DNA from: a virus
Lineage: Duplodnaviria; Heunggongvirae; Uroviricota; Caudoviricetes
Direction: 5' to 3' (one strand)
Length of the DNA stretch: 29,069 nt
IMG/VR virus record: IMGVR_UViG_2541047595_000013
Shown here: positions 20,351 through 29,069 of the stretch, piece after piece
How positions within the stretch are numbered: the first letter of the stretch is position 1
Layout: every line of letters begins with the position of its first letter
Translations under genes and position numbers: made by a program
Notes under the pieces: generated by a model
What the model saw: the letters and a program-made list of their open reading frames with translations, nothing else
Told to the model about the DNA's origin: nothing
Databases searched by the model: none

Positions 20351-20659
20351 TCAATATACGATCTGGTCTACATGATCACCAAAATCATCGTCGTCGTCCT
20401 CATCGCCACCATCTACTGCTGGCCAATCAACAAACCAGCCAGCGTAAAGATGCAGCGTTCGGAGAACATCACTTGCGGGAGCATCAAGGGTGTTAACGAA
20501 TCCCATATAGCTATTGGGATTTGCTCCAGCTATGGCTTCAGCGATCATGTCCTCGGTAATGTCACCGGAGATAATGCTTAAACGCCCGGAAACTTCTTCA
20601 TTATCATCAAATTCGATAATGGCATCTCCGCCTAATGGCGCTGCGATTTTAATCTGCAT
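20351..20659 (-). CDS. Hypothetical 102-aa protein with poly-acidic C-terminal tail; last gene of the dar operon (P1 hxr position)
   Basis: ORF overlapping the ddrB stop; C-terminus DGGDEDDDDDFGDHVDQIVY. Synteny-based. Confidence 0.45.
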   Translation of the reverse strand: MQIKIAAPLGGDAIIEFDDNEEVSGRLSIISGDITEDMIAEAIAGANPNSYMGFVNTLDAPASDVLRTLHLYAGWFVDWPAVDGGDEDDDDDFGDHVDQIVY

Positions 20660-23636
20660 TATTTAGCTCCTTTGCCACACCTAATAACAGTTCCAGCAAT
20701 CCGTCACCATTCATCAGTGATGCGGCAGCGGCCTCTTTGTCATGATACAACTGAAGAGCCATAGAGAATACTTCCGTTGCTGACGTTTTGGAAATAGTCG
20801 GTGATTTCTGCCGAATTTTCCCGGAATTACTCACTGAGGCTGGCGGGTATACCTTCGCCATATAAATATTACTCAATCGAGATCTGAAGCACCATTCAGG
20901 CTTGCCACGCCCACCGATATTAACGAAAGATGGCTTATCCCCTTCAACATTGGCCTTCAGGAATGACCGGGCTTTCTCTAACAAACCAGGGTTACTGTAC
21001 TCAAGATGATGACCCAGCTCGTGCCACAGTGCACTTGCATTTTCATCGTTCAAATTGACAGCAACAACACCATTAAGATTTGCATATGCCCTTCCCTGGT
21101 GGTGAACCACCTTTGTTAAGGTCGAAATTTTACCGCCGGTCAGGCGATAAATATCAGCAAGTTCCTTGCGCAGGTCTATCCCACCATTCTGTCCAGCGCG
21201 GGCTTCTTCCACTTCTTCCGTGATAAAAGAGTCGGCCCACTCAAGAGCTTTTTCTTCAGATACGGATGAGTTGGCGATCGCACTGTTCATGGCAGATAAC
21301 ACTTTCTCGTGGACCGAACCCATACTTCGCTGATTCATTTGCCAGCGTGTCTGCGGGTTATATGAGAATCGCTTAAGTAGTTGGTCAAGCTGCTCAAGTT
21401 CTTCTTCACTGACATACTTTTTAGCCTCACCAATAATGCCAGGGAGAATATTGCCGTTAGGATTAAACGCTCGCGAAAGGAAGAGTTTCAGCGCCCCCAT
21501 GCCCTCCGATGCTTCAATATCACCAATAACCCGGTTAACAATGGCCGCACTCTTCGGATTAGCATCCGCCAACGCTCTGGCTACGATTTGCAGGGACGAT
21601 ACGACCTCACGCTGCATATCCGTCCTGATCTCATCAATAAACTCTGGCGTTATGCCGTGCTCTTTAAGGATATCCCGGCCTTCCGCCGTTACCCCATCGA
21701 TATCACCGACATGTTTATTAACACGACTTTGCAATGCCTTAAATGCCTTCAGAATTCCACGGGCATCATCCGCTTTACTAACGGCCTTCCTGAATGCTGG
21801 CAAGAAGTCAGAGTTAACCTCATTTTGTTGATCGGCCCACTGAATGGAGGCTTCTTTCATCTCGTCCAGAGTCAGATCACCCAACGCGGTATGGTCTGTG
21901 AATATGAGCGACAACCTCTGAACCATTTCTGCCAATGGTGATGCCGAATGCGCCGCGCTAAGGAATGCTTTCACCCTGGTTGGGCGAATGGAAAACCAGT
22001 CAATAGCTGGTGGCATATCTCCGTTTTTTATCGCCTGCGCTATCTCATCAAAGCCGTCGCGCCCAAGGGAGGATGCGTGATTTAACAATCCGCGAAGTAA
22101 CGAATTGCTGATACCGAATAATCGGCACCATTTATTCACGTCGGCAACAGGCATTCGAACAAAATGCGCAAGCACTTGTACAAGCTGTTCATCCTGGGGA
22201 TCTGTACGGGAAAGCAGCCTGATCAGATGAATAATGTCTTTGATGCCGGATGCCCGATGTAATAGCAAGCTGGTATATGGAGCAACACCGTTGTAACTAC
22301 CGCCGGAAACGGACTCGAAAAGACCGCCGGATATCCCTTGCATGCCTTCGTTTTCCAGTTCCTGAGACACCTGGCGAAGGATATCCTGTAACGACACATC
22401 ACCACCGCCAAACATATCCCCCAGCGCCTGGCCCTGGTGCTGTAACTCATCATTGATACGTTGAGCCATCAATTTAAAGGCGGTGGCCATACGCTTCGCG
22501 CTACGGTTATTCGCGACGATGAACAACGCGAGAGCTTTCACTTCCGGGGCTGTTTCGCTGAACATATCCCCCTGAGCAATAACATCGGTAATATGTTGGC
22601 CTGACTCCTTCGATTGCCTTACCAGGTCTACCGCATCTTTCAATGCCGCCAGCGCCTTTTTATCGAGACTATCCGCTGTCTCAATACCATCAACAATAGT
22701 TGTCACAGCCTGCTTGTGCGCTTCTCCTGATAAAGCCTGCATCTGGACAAAATCATTGGCTGCCGCATTAAGCGCCGTCAGAACATTACGCATATCCGGA
22801 TCAGGTTCTTCTGCAACCATTCTTACCAGGCGCGCATCCTTATATGCCTTGGCAAAGATCGCGTTTTGTATACGGTCAACAAGTTGCCGTGTTGGTCGCC
22901 CATCTTCCGTTACAAGGCCAGCAGCCTGTGTGGCACCAACTTGCGTCATGAATCCGCGAATAAACGCGTCATTACTGCGGCTAAGCAGATCTCCGCTTTC
23001 TGATGGGTTAAACAGCGCCATCATCGCCGGAGTTATGCTGTCGGCATCAACAAAAGCCTTTTCACTGGCTGCCATTTCCTGGAGATCAGAAATATTTGAG
23101 TCCTTGGCAAACTGAACACGGTCAACCTTCGTTAACCGGCGGCGCACCAGTACCGGAGCCGTCATTGATTCAACCTTTTCAGGTCGTATTCCGAATTCGG
23201 TCGCATGTTCAATCAGGTACTCCCGATACCGATCCGCATTACCGTCCTGATAGGCTTTAATGATCCCCATGGTCCTCCCATTACCTGACTCAACGGCATT
23301 GTCCTCACCAATTATCGGCGCGCCATGGCTGGATAAACCGGAATCAGTAAGCTGAGCAGGCCGCAAATCTTTGGATATCTGGTTAACCTGAAGAAGGCTG
23401 GATGCGCGGGTCCGGTCGCGCGGTTGAAGTTCCTGGGGATAGTCAGGATTAATTTTCCCATCCAGAGTATTGGATACCAAAAGAGCTGAGGCATCGACGA
23501 TATCAAACGCTGTTTTTACCTCGTCTCCCTTCGCTGTCACCACATACGAAACCCGCCCATAATCGGGCAGGTTCTTTAGCAGCTCGATCAGCGTTTCTAT
23601 GCTGGTGGCCATTACCACCTGATCGCTTAAGCTCAT
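20649..23636 (-). CDS. ddrB: DdrB-like large dar-operon protein (995 aa) with HExxH metallopeptidase-like motif near the C-terminus
   Basis: Size and position downstream of darA/ddrA; HELGH motif at residues about 872-876 (nt about 21009-21023). Confidence 0.6.
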   Translation of the reverse strand: MSLSDQVVMATSIETLIELLKNLPDYGRVSYVVTAKGDEVKTAFDIVDASALLVSNTLDGKINPDYPQELQPRDRTRASSLLQVNQISKDLRPAQLTDSGLSSHGAPIIGEDNAVESGNGRTMGIIKAYQDGNADRYREYLIEHATEFGIRPEKVESMTAPVLVRRRLTKVDRVQFAKDSNISDLQEMAASEKAFVDADSITPAMMALFNPSESGDLLSRSNDAFIRGFMTQVGATQAAGLVTEDGRPTRQLVDRIQNAIFAKAYKDARLVRMVAEEPDPDMRNVLTALNAAANDFVQMQALSGEAHKQAVTTIVDGIETADSLDKKALAALKDAVDLVRQSKESGQHITDVIAQGDMFSETAPEVKALALFIVANNRSAKRMATAFKLMAQRINDELQHQGQALGDMFGGGDVSLQDILRQVSQELENEGMQGISGGLFESVSGGSYNGVAPYTSLLLHRASGIKDIIHLIRLLSRTDPQDEQLVQVLAHFVRMPVADVNKWCRLFGISNSLLRGLLNHASSLGRDGFDEIAQAIKNGDMPPAIDWFSIRPTRVKAFLSAAHSASPLAEMVQRLSLIFTDHTALGDLTLDEMKEASIQWADQQNEVNSDFLPAFRKAVSKADDARGILKAFKALQSRVNKHVGDIDGVTAEGRDILKEHGITPEFIDEIRTDMQREVVSSLQIVARALADANPKSAAIVNRVIGDIEASEGMGALKLFLSRAFNPNGNILPGIIGEAKKYVSEEELEQLDQLLKRFSYNPQTRWQMNQRSMGSVHEKVLSAMNSAIANSSVSEEKALEWADSFITEEVEEARAGQNGGIDLRKELADIYRLTGGKISTLTKVVHHQGRAYANLNGVVAVNLNDENASALWHELGHHLEYSNPGLLEKARSFLKANVEGDKPSFVNIGGRGKPEWCFRSRLSNIYMAKVYPPASVSNSGKIRQKSPTISKTSATEVFSMALQLYHDKEAAAASLMNGDGLLELLLGVAKELNNAD

Positions 23637-23648
23637 CCCTGTTACGCC

Positions 23649-24014
23649 TTATGCTGCCTCTTTAATGTTGGCGGCTATCCATGCCGCCGTGTGCTGTTTA
23701 ACCTGGTCCAGGTCGATGTATGTGCCAACATATTGATTCAAATCCTGCAAGGTACCGATAAATGCATCGGTGCTCTGATCGACGAATTTATCAGCCAGGA
23801 AATCAGCAACCAGTTTTGGCACACCATCATGTTCCGAAGGTTGTTTTTCCTCGCCACTACCACCGCCGGACGCGCCGTACCCCATCTGTTGCATGATCTG
23901 GTCAATTTCATCGCTGATATCCAGCAACTCCATACCACTCGCGGTAGCCGCTTTGGACATCAGAGCATCCAACTTATCGCTGAGATCCATTAACTCAATA
24001 GCTGATAGTGTCAT
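23649..24014 (-). CDS. DdrA-position protein (121 aa)
   Basis: Small acidic ORF immediately downstream of darA, overlapping its stop. Synteny-based. Confidence 0.5.
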   Translation of the reverse strand: MTLSAIELMDLSDKLDALMSKAATASGMELLDISDEIDQIMQQMGYGASGGGSGEEKQPSEHDGVPKLVADFLADKFVDQSTDAFIGTLQDLNQYVGTYIDLDQVKQHTAAWIAANIKEAA

Positions 24015-25930
24015 GCCGCTACCCCCGCTTTCTGGATTGCTACCAACAGATCAGCCAGGTGGCGAGCTGCGCCGTTAACCAGCTCTTCGTTTTCCTCAAA
24101 ACGTCCGGCAGCCTGAAGGGCTGCAATCGCTTCCCGGACATTGCCCCGGGCGTTACGGATCTCCGCCATGTCAGTGCTTTGCATATCCATCACGTTATTG
24201 AGATATTCAATGGCTTTATTAGCCTCTGCATCTGCTTCGCTAACCGTTTCATCAGGCTGTGCCGGGGCCGGTTCTGGCTGAGTAATCTCACCGACTTCGG
24301 CCTGCAATGCATTGATCATGCTCTGCACCATTTTCTCGGTGCCAGCGCCCCCAGGAAACGCAATATTGGGGAAAGTTTTTTGAAACTGAGTTTTCAGCAT
24401 TACGCGGAACTCGTCTGGTGAGCTGGTGGCCAGCTCCAGAGCTTTTTGTGCATATTTGCCAAACGGACCATTAGTAAGTGTCTTCGCCAGGAAATCGAAA
24501 GAATCCTCGCGAGGCAATAACTTCAGGTCGTACTCACTCATTTGCTGATCAGAAAGCGGGGTATCGTAAGTAGCAATGCCGTAGCGTGCATATTCATAAT
24601 ACGGGTCACCTTCATCAGGGCGCGGCAGAATTGCTTTGTTACCTTCAGGTATTGCGCCAGGGGCCGCCGGACGCATTTGCAGGGCATATCGATATGCACC
24701 TACAGAGACTTCTGGTTCAGGCGAAGAGCTACCGGTATCCTCCGCTGGTTCAGGTTCGACGTTTTCCGGTTTATGTTCTTCTGGTTGGACCAGGTATTCC
24801 GATACATTACCCGCTTTATAGGCTTTAAACAGCTTGCCGATCGCATCTGCCATGTCCACACCCTGTATGGATTTAGCCTTGATCATGTATACGCTGCCAT
24901 CCGGATCGGTTAACTGGATATACCCTTCGCCGTCCCCAATGAATTGCTTCATTGATGCACCATTACTGAGCGTCGCTTCCCCGTCCATATGCATACGATT
25001 TTTGATACTGGCAAGGCGATCCGTCAGCGCGCGAGAGTGCCCACCAGTCATCCCCGCAGGGGCAATGGTATCGCGCCCACCAGTGCGATTGAGCCGATCA
25101 ATCTCCCCCTGCAAACGCTCATTCTCTTCATAAAGAGAATCCGCTTCCGATGCAACAGCGTTAATTTTCTGCTCCAGATCTGCCTTCTGCCCTTCTACCG
25201 CTGCCACCTGATCCGCGAGGTCGCTCATGGCGTCCTCTTTCTGGTCACTGTCAGCCTGTAGTTGGGTTATTTCATCAACAAGGGCTTTTTTCTTCTTCTG
25301 CGCACGCTGGAATTTTGCCGAGTTTTTCTCTGCAAGGTTGGCAAGTTTCATGGTGACCTGCGCCAGCGTCATATCACGTCCACTCATCGGAGCAACGGTG
25401 TGAGTAACGTCTTTTTTATTCAGTAAGAACTGGAAAGCAACCAGCGTATCGCTATTGGTGATCCGGTTTTCCGCTGTCGGGCTATGAAACAGAATGCTGA
25501 TAGTCTGACCATCACTGAGCGGAATAATGGCTGGCAGGACCGGCAGCCCGTTAACGTTACGTGCCCGGCCAATTTCAGCCCCGCCGATCGCGCGTGCACC
25601 GTTCTGGGCCACATCCCCCGTTTTATCACTCCCCGCAGAGATTCCGGTACCATTCAGCTTCTGGTTCAATGCCCGGACAAATGCCTGCATGGTCCGGTGT
25701 AACTGCAAACGAGTAGAACTAATCGCCTCCAGTAAATCCGTAGCACACCAGTGGATTGGCGTGTCATAGAAGAACGTAGCCTCGATTTCCTCCAGGGTGT
25801 TGGATTCCGTCATCAGATAGCGGTCCTCACCGGCCATTAATGCGCGATATTCATCATCAGTCACTGGCGGGGGAAGCACGTCAAGCCCAGGCTTGATCGT
25901 CACCCCTTTATTGATATTGAACTGTTCCAT
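24011..25930 (-). CDS. darA: DarA-like internal head protein precursor (639 aa), antirestriction system component
   Basis: 639-aa ORF, matching the remembered length of P1 DarA; located in an operon with lydA/lydB upstream and ddrA/ddrB downstream; coiled-coil-rich central region. Confidence 0.75.
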   Translation of the reverse strand: MEQFNINKGVTIKPGLDVLPPPVTDDEYRALMAGEDRYLMTESNTLEEIEATFFYDTPIHWCATDLLEAISSTRLQLHRTMQAFVRALNQKLNGTGISAGSDKTGDVAQNGARAIGGAEIGRARNVNGLPVLPAIIPLSDGQTISILFHSPTAENRITNSDTLVAFQFLLNKKDVTHTVAPMSGRDMTLAQVTMKLANLAEKNSAKFQRAQKKKKALVDEITQLQADSDQKEDAMSDLADQVAAVEGQKADLEQKINAVASEADSLYEENERLQGEIDRLNRTGGRDTIAPAGMTGGHSRALTDRLASIKNRMHMDGEATLSNGASMKQFIGDGEGYIQLTDPDGSVYMIKAKSIQGVDMADAIGKLFKAYKAGNVSEYLVQPEEHKPENVEPEPAEDTGSSSPEPEVSVGAYRYALQMRPAAPGAIPEGNKAILPRPDEGDPYYEYARYGIATYDTPLSDQQMSEYDLKLLPREDSFDFLAKTLTNGPFGKYAQKALELATSSPDEFRVMLKTQFQKTFPNIAFPGGAGTEKMVQSMINALQAEVGEITQPEPAPAQPDETVSEADAEANKAIEYLNNVMDMQSTDMAEIRNARGNVREAIAALQAAGRFEENEELVNGAARHLADLLVAIQKAGVAA

Positions 25931-25931
25931 G

Positions 25932-26543
25932 TTAATTTCCTGCTTTCAGTTGCTTAAGACGGCGTTTGAGTTCGCCATTTCGGGCCTTTTCGTTATTGAG
26001 TCGGCCTGTCTCCTTATCCAGCTTCGCCCGCAAATCAGTGATCTGCTGTTGATTGAAAGACACCGAGTTCTGCGCTGATTTATAAGCGGCAACCACCTGA
26101 GCATTCCGCTGTTTTGCCTCTTGCAGGCGCTGAAAGTTGGATTTTACTGCCGGTTTCTTGTCTACCGGATTGGCAACACGTTTCGCTTTGGCGATCAGTG
26201 ATTTCTGGAATTTTGCGGAGTTTTTGCGGGCCGCTTGCCCCATGACGGTACCAAGCGTCTTGATATCCGGCGACTGAGCGTTAGGAATAGCTTTTCCATT
26301 CAGCCTCACAGACGATATATCGCCAGTATCGTTTACCTGTATGGCAAGAATTTGTCCGTCGTTAAGAACCAGCTTTGCGGTTTTAACTTTAACGCCATCT
26401 TTCGTTGTTGCGCGGTTGCTGGAGTCAACCTCAATTACCGTAACACCGGTTTTATTGATCGCCGCGATAAGGGATTTCAGCCCCTTTTCATTAACCTGGT
26501 CAAAATCGACCGTTGCATACTTATTTTTCGTCATCTGACACAT
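25932..26543 (-). CDS. Hdf-position protein (203 aa)
   Basis: ORF between lydB and darA; basic coiled-coil C-terminus. Synteny-based. Confidence 0.5.
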   Translation of the reverse strand: MCQMTKNKYATVDFDQVNEKGLKSLIAAINKTGVTVIEVDSSNRATTKDGVKVKTAKLVLNDGQILAIQVNDTGDISSVRLNGKAIPNAQSPDIKTLGTVMGQAARKNSAKFQKSLIAKAKRVANPVDKKPAVKSNFQRLQEAKQRNAQVVAAYKSAQNSVSFNQQQITDLRAKLDKETGRLNNEKARNGELKRRLKQLKAGN

Positions 26544-26964
26544 CCTGTGCGAGATTTATTACGTAACTTCTGCGGATTTGCTGAGTAACAGGGAAAATCC
26601 GATACAACGGGTTAATGAACGAGTCGCCATGCGTAACCATGACGTTGAAATGCCACAGTCGCTCTCCTTTACCCATATATTCAGTGGGTATGTACAACCA
26701 TTCACTGTTTTCGCCCTGTTCAGCCGACGTCAAACAACGTTGTTCGCCTTCAATCACTGTCGTCGGCTTCTGAACATCGCGGATCCAATATCTGACCGTT
26801 GCGCCGCGCAAAAACGGGAATTTAGACCGGTATTTGAACGGCACCCGGATGAAACCCGGTTTAATTTCCACATCACCAAGTTCTAAATGCGTGATGTCCT
26901 TGCGTTTTAGCAAATAGCGATCGGCTAAGGCTAACGCAAGAACGCATACACCCCAGCCAATCAT
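26521..26964 (-). CDS. lydB: LydB-like antiholin (147 aa)
   Basis: Second gene of the operon, overlapping the lydA stop; size matches the remembered P1 LydB. Confidence 0.65.
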   Translation of the reverse strand: MIGWGVCVLALALADRYLLKRKDITHLELGDVEIKPGFIRVPFKYRSKFPFLRGATVRYWIRDVQKPTTVIEGEQRCLTSAEQGENSEWLYIPTEYMGKGERLWHFNVMVTHGDSFINPLYRIFPVTQQIRRSYVINLAQDVSDDEK

Positions 26965-27290
26965 TTCCCGCCTCCCTTTTTCACCAAACTTGTAAGAACA
27001 TTCAGAATGCTATCGATATTCACTCGTTTCATCCCTGAAATCACCTCATGACCGTTATTGCTGGCTATCGTTACCATTAAGTACGTAATTGATAACTCCC
27101 AGCCCTCGTGTTGCCCCAATAGGTACGCCACCGCGCCAGCTGTCACTGCAACAAAGATCTCCGTAACCAATCCCAACAAATTGCCAGACTGGCGACCGTC
27201 TCGGACATCCATCAGGAACGTGCCTATCCCACCAATTACTGAAAGCAGGAGCGCAATAGCAACTGGAGCTAATTCCTGTGTGTCAAGCAC
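26961..27290 (-). CDS. lydA: LydA-like holin (109 aa)
   Basis: Small protein with hydrophobic transmembrane segments (VAIALLLSVIGGIGTFL; EIFVAVTAGAVAYLLG); GTG start preceded by SD AGGAGG; first gene of the operon. Confidence 0.7.
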   Translation of the reverse strand: MLDTQELAPVAIALLLSVIGGIGTFLMDVRDGRQSGNLLGLVTEIFVAVTAGAVAYLLGQHEGWELSITYLMVTIASNNGHEVISGMKRVNIDSILNVLTSLVKKGGGK

Positions 27291-27520
27291 AAGTTCCCTC
27301 CTACGTTGTCAGGAGGTAATGGTATGCAAAGTAACTTCTCAACCGGTTATGTTGCATAAGAGACTTACCTATTCAACCGACTTTTGGAACCTTCAATAAT
27401 AAGCCTGCTATTGGCGCTGAAAATAAGAACCATGCAGCTCTGAAGGCTTTCATTCATATCCTTATATGAACCGCCCCGGGAATCCTGGAGACTAAACTCC
27501 CTGAGAAAGAGGTAAACAGG

Positions 27521-27847
27521 ATGACTAAAAATACACGTTTTTCCCCCGAGGTCCGTCAACGGGCAGTTCGTATGGTTCTGGAAAGTCAGGGCGAATATGA
27601 CTCACAATGGGCGGCAATTTGTTCCATTGCCCCAAAGATTGGCTGTACACCAGAGACTCTGCGTGTGTGGGTTCGTCAGCATGAGCGGGATACCGGGAGT
27701 GGTGATGGTGGACTCACCACCGCTGAACGTCAGCGTCTGAAAGAGCTGGAACGTGAAAATCGTGAACTGCGCCGCAGTAACGATATCCTTCGCCAGGCTT
27801 CCGCTTATTTTGCGAAGGCGGAGTTCGACCGCCTCTGGAAAAAATAA
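27521..27847 (+). CDS. IS3-family transposase OrfA (helix-turn-helix / leucine-zipper part)
   Basis: 108-aa protein [22 protein letters not shown]… recognised as IS629/IS1203 OrfA; ends in an A6 run overlapping the orfB start. Confidence 0.9.
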   Translation: MTKNTRFSPEVRQRAVRMVLESQGEYDSQWAAICSIAPKIGCTPETLRVWVRQHERDTGSGDGGLTTAERQRLKELERENRELRRSNDILRQASAYFAKAEFDRLWKK

Positions 27848-28734
27848 TGCCGCTGCTGGATAAGCTGCGTGAGCAGTACGGGGTCGGACCGGTATGCAGT
27901 GAACTGCATATTGCCCCGTCAACGTATTACCACTGTCAGCAACAGCGACATCATCCTGATAAACGCAGTGCCCGTGCTCAGCGCGATGACTGGCTGAAGA
28001 GAGAGATACAGCGCGTATACGATGAAAATCATCAGGTGTACGGTGTGCGTAAAGTCTGGCGCCAGTTGTTACGCGAAGGTATCAGGGTGGCCAGATGTAC
28101 AGTGGCGCGCCTCATGGCGGTTATGGGACTTGCCGGTGTTCTCCGGGGTAAAAAGGTCCGTACTACCGTCAGCCGGAAAGCCGTTTCCGCAGGCGACCGC
28201 GTAAACCGTCAGTTCGTGGCAGAACGTCCTGACCAGCTGTGGGTGGCTGATTTTACTTACGTCAGCACATGGCAGGGCTTCGTCTATGTGGCGTTCATCA
28301 TTGATGTGTTTGCCGGATGTATCGTGGGGTGGCGAGTCTCATCGTCTATGGAAACGACATTCGTGCTGGATGCACTGGAGCAGGCGTTGTGGGCCCGTCG
28401 GCCGTCCGGCACAGTCCATCACAGTGATAAAGGTTCTCAGTATGTATCACTGGCCTATACGGAGCGACTAAAAGAAGCAAAACTGCTGGCATCAACAGGG
28501 AGTACAGGTGACTCGTATGACAACGCGATGGCGGAGAGCATCAATGGTCTTTACAAAGCGGAGGTAATACACCGTAAGAGCTGGAAAAACCGTGCAGAAG
28601 TGGAACTGGCCACACTCACGTGGGTGGACTGGTATAACAATCGACGATTGCTGGGAAGGCTGGGTCATATCCCTCCGGCAGAAGCAGAAAAAGCTTATTA
28701 TGCTTCCATCAGAAACGATGATCTGGCAGCCTGA
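27847..28734 (+). CDS. IS3-family transposase OrfB (DDE integrase catalytic domain)
   Basis: 295-aa protein with an rve-type DDE core (WVADFTYV … HSDKGSQY … ESINGLYKAE); overlaps orfA in the -1 frame, as in IS3-family programmed frameshifting. Confidence 0.9.
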   Translation: MPLLDKLREQYGVGPVCSELHIAPSTYYHCQQQRHHPDKRSARAQRDDWLKREIQRVYDENHQVYGVRKVWRQLLREGIRVARCTVARLMAVMGLAGVLRGKKVRTTVSRKAVSAGDRVNRQFVAERPDQLWVADFTYVSTWQGFVYVAFIIDVFAGCIVGWRVSSSMETTFVLDALEQALWARRPSGTVHHSDKGSQYVSLAYTERLKEAKLLASTGSTGDSYDNAMAESINGLYKAEVIHRKSWKNRAEVELATLTWVDWYNNRRLLGRLGHIPPAEAEKAYYASIRNDDLAA

Positions 28735-28736
28735 GT

Positions 28737-28943
28737 TCACAGATAAAACACTCTCCAGGAAAACCGGGGCGGTTCATATAATTCCGCGAGATACATGCCA
28801 ATAAAGCCAGCAAGTACGGCGGAAATACATTCGTCCAGCAATTTCTTGCATGAAGACTCGTAACGGTTTTCACATAGCCCACTCAAATACGAATACACCC
28901 CACCAAGAAGGGATAACATCACGATATGTACATAAAATGTCAT
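28737..28943 (-). pseudogene. Small hydrophobic ORF truncated by the IS insertion (native about 55 codons, then about 13 codons read from the IS terminus)
   Basis: ORF starts at 28943 and runs into the IS right end (28776), so its 3' end is IS-derived; predicted membrane segment (HIVMLSLLGGVYSYL; AVLAGFIGMYLA). Confidence 0.35.
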
Positions 28944-29069
28944 TTTTTACCTATACAACAGTAAGTTGAACAACATTTGGGCTTTGTTGAATAAATCAGA
29001 TTTCGGGTAAGTCTCCCCCGTAGCGGGTTGTGTTTTCAGGCAATACGCACGCTTTCAGGCATACCTGCT

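Larger units (their letters stand above)
27467..28776 (+). mobile_element. Complete IS3-family insertion sequence (IS629/IS1203-like, 1,310 bp) with about 25-bp imperfect terminal inverted repeats (TGAACCGCCCCGG…/…CCGGGGCGGTTCA) and 4-bp direct target repeat TATA
   Basis: Termini begin 5'-TG and end CA-3'; TATA at 27463-27466 and 28777-28780; carries overlapping orfA/orfB; length matches the remembered 1,310 bp of IS629. Confidence 0.9.

Noticed and set aside
21381-21941. 186-aa and 131-aa plus-strand ORFs inside ddrB
   Set aside because: Antisense to a long continuous minus-strand gene within a compact operon; no start or RBS context.
24008-25261. Multiple plus-strand ORFs (61-137 aa) inside darA
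   Set aside because: Antisense overlap with the 639-aa darA ORF, whose length matches the expected protein; no independent support.

Overview
This window is about 29 kb of a P1-like temperate phage / plasmid-prophage backbone, with IS3-family insertion sequences at both ends. Left to right: the last 91 bp of an IS629/IS1203-like element; pacB (terminase large subunit); the immC region (c1 repressor and coi on the minus strand, C1 operators); a perfect 34-bp loxP site; the Dam-site-rich cre regulatory region; cre; a small downstream ORF; ref (HNH) and a mat-position gene; a short AT-rich cargo segment encoding a lone GNAT-family acetyltransferase, sitting where P1 (from memory) carries its type III res/mod genes; lxc/ulx-position ORFs; darB (about 2,255 codons, split here by a 1-bp frameshift in a homopolymer); prt/pro head genes; lyz (SAR endolysin); ssb; an isaB-position ORF; the dar/lysis operon on the minus strand (lydA, lydB, hdf, darA, ddrA, ddrB, hxr-position ORF); and a complete 1,310-bp IS629-like element with a 4-bp target duplication. 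No rRNA, tRNA or CRISPR array was recognised. Calls rest on reading the translated ORFs and DNA motifs by eye and on remembered P1 gene order; no database search or computation was run. The most likely novel cargo is the GNAT gene at the res/mod hotspot; the darB frameshift and the two IS insertions (one abutting pacB, one upstream of lydA) suggest an element that may be partly degraded.
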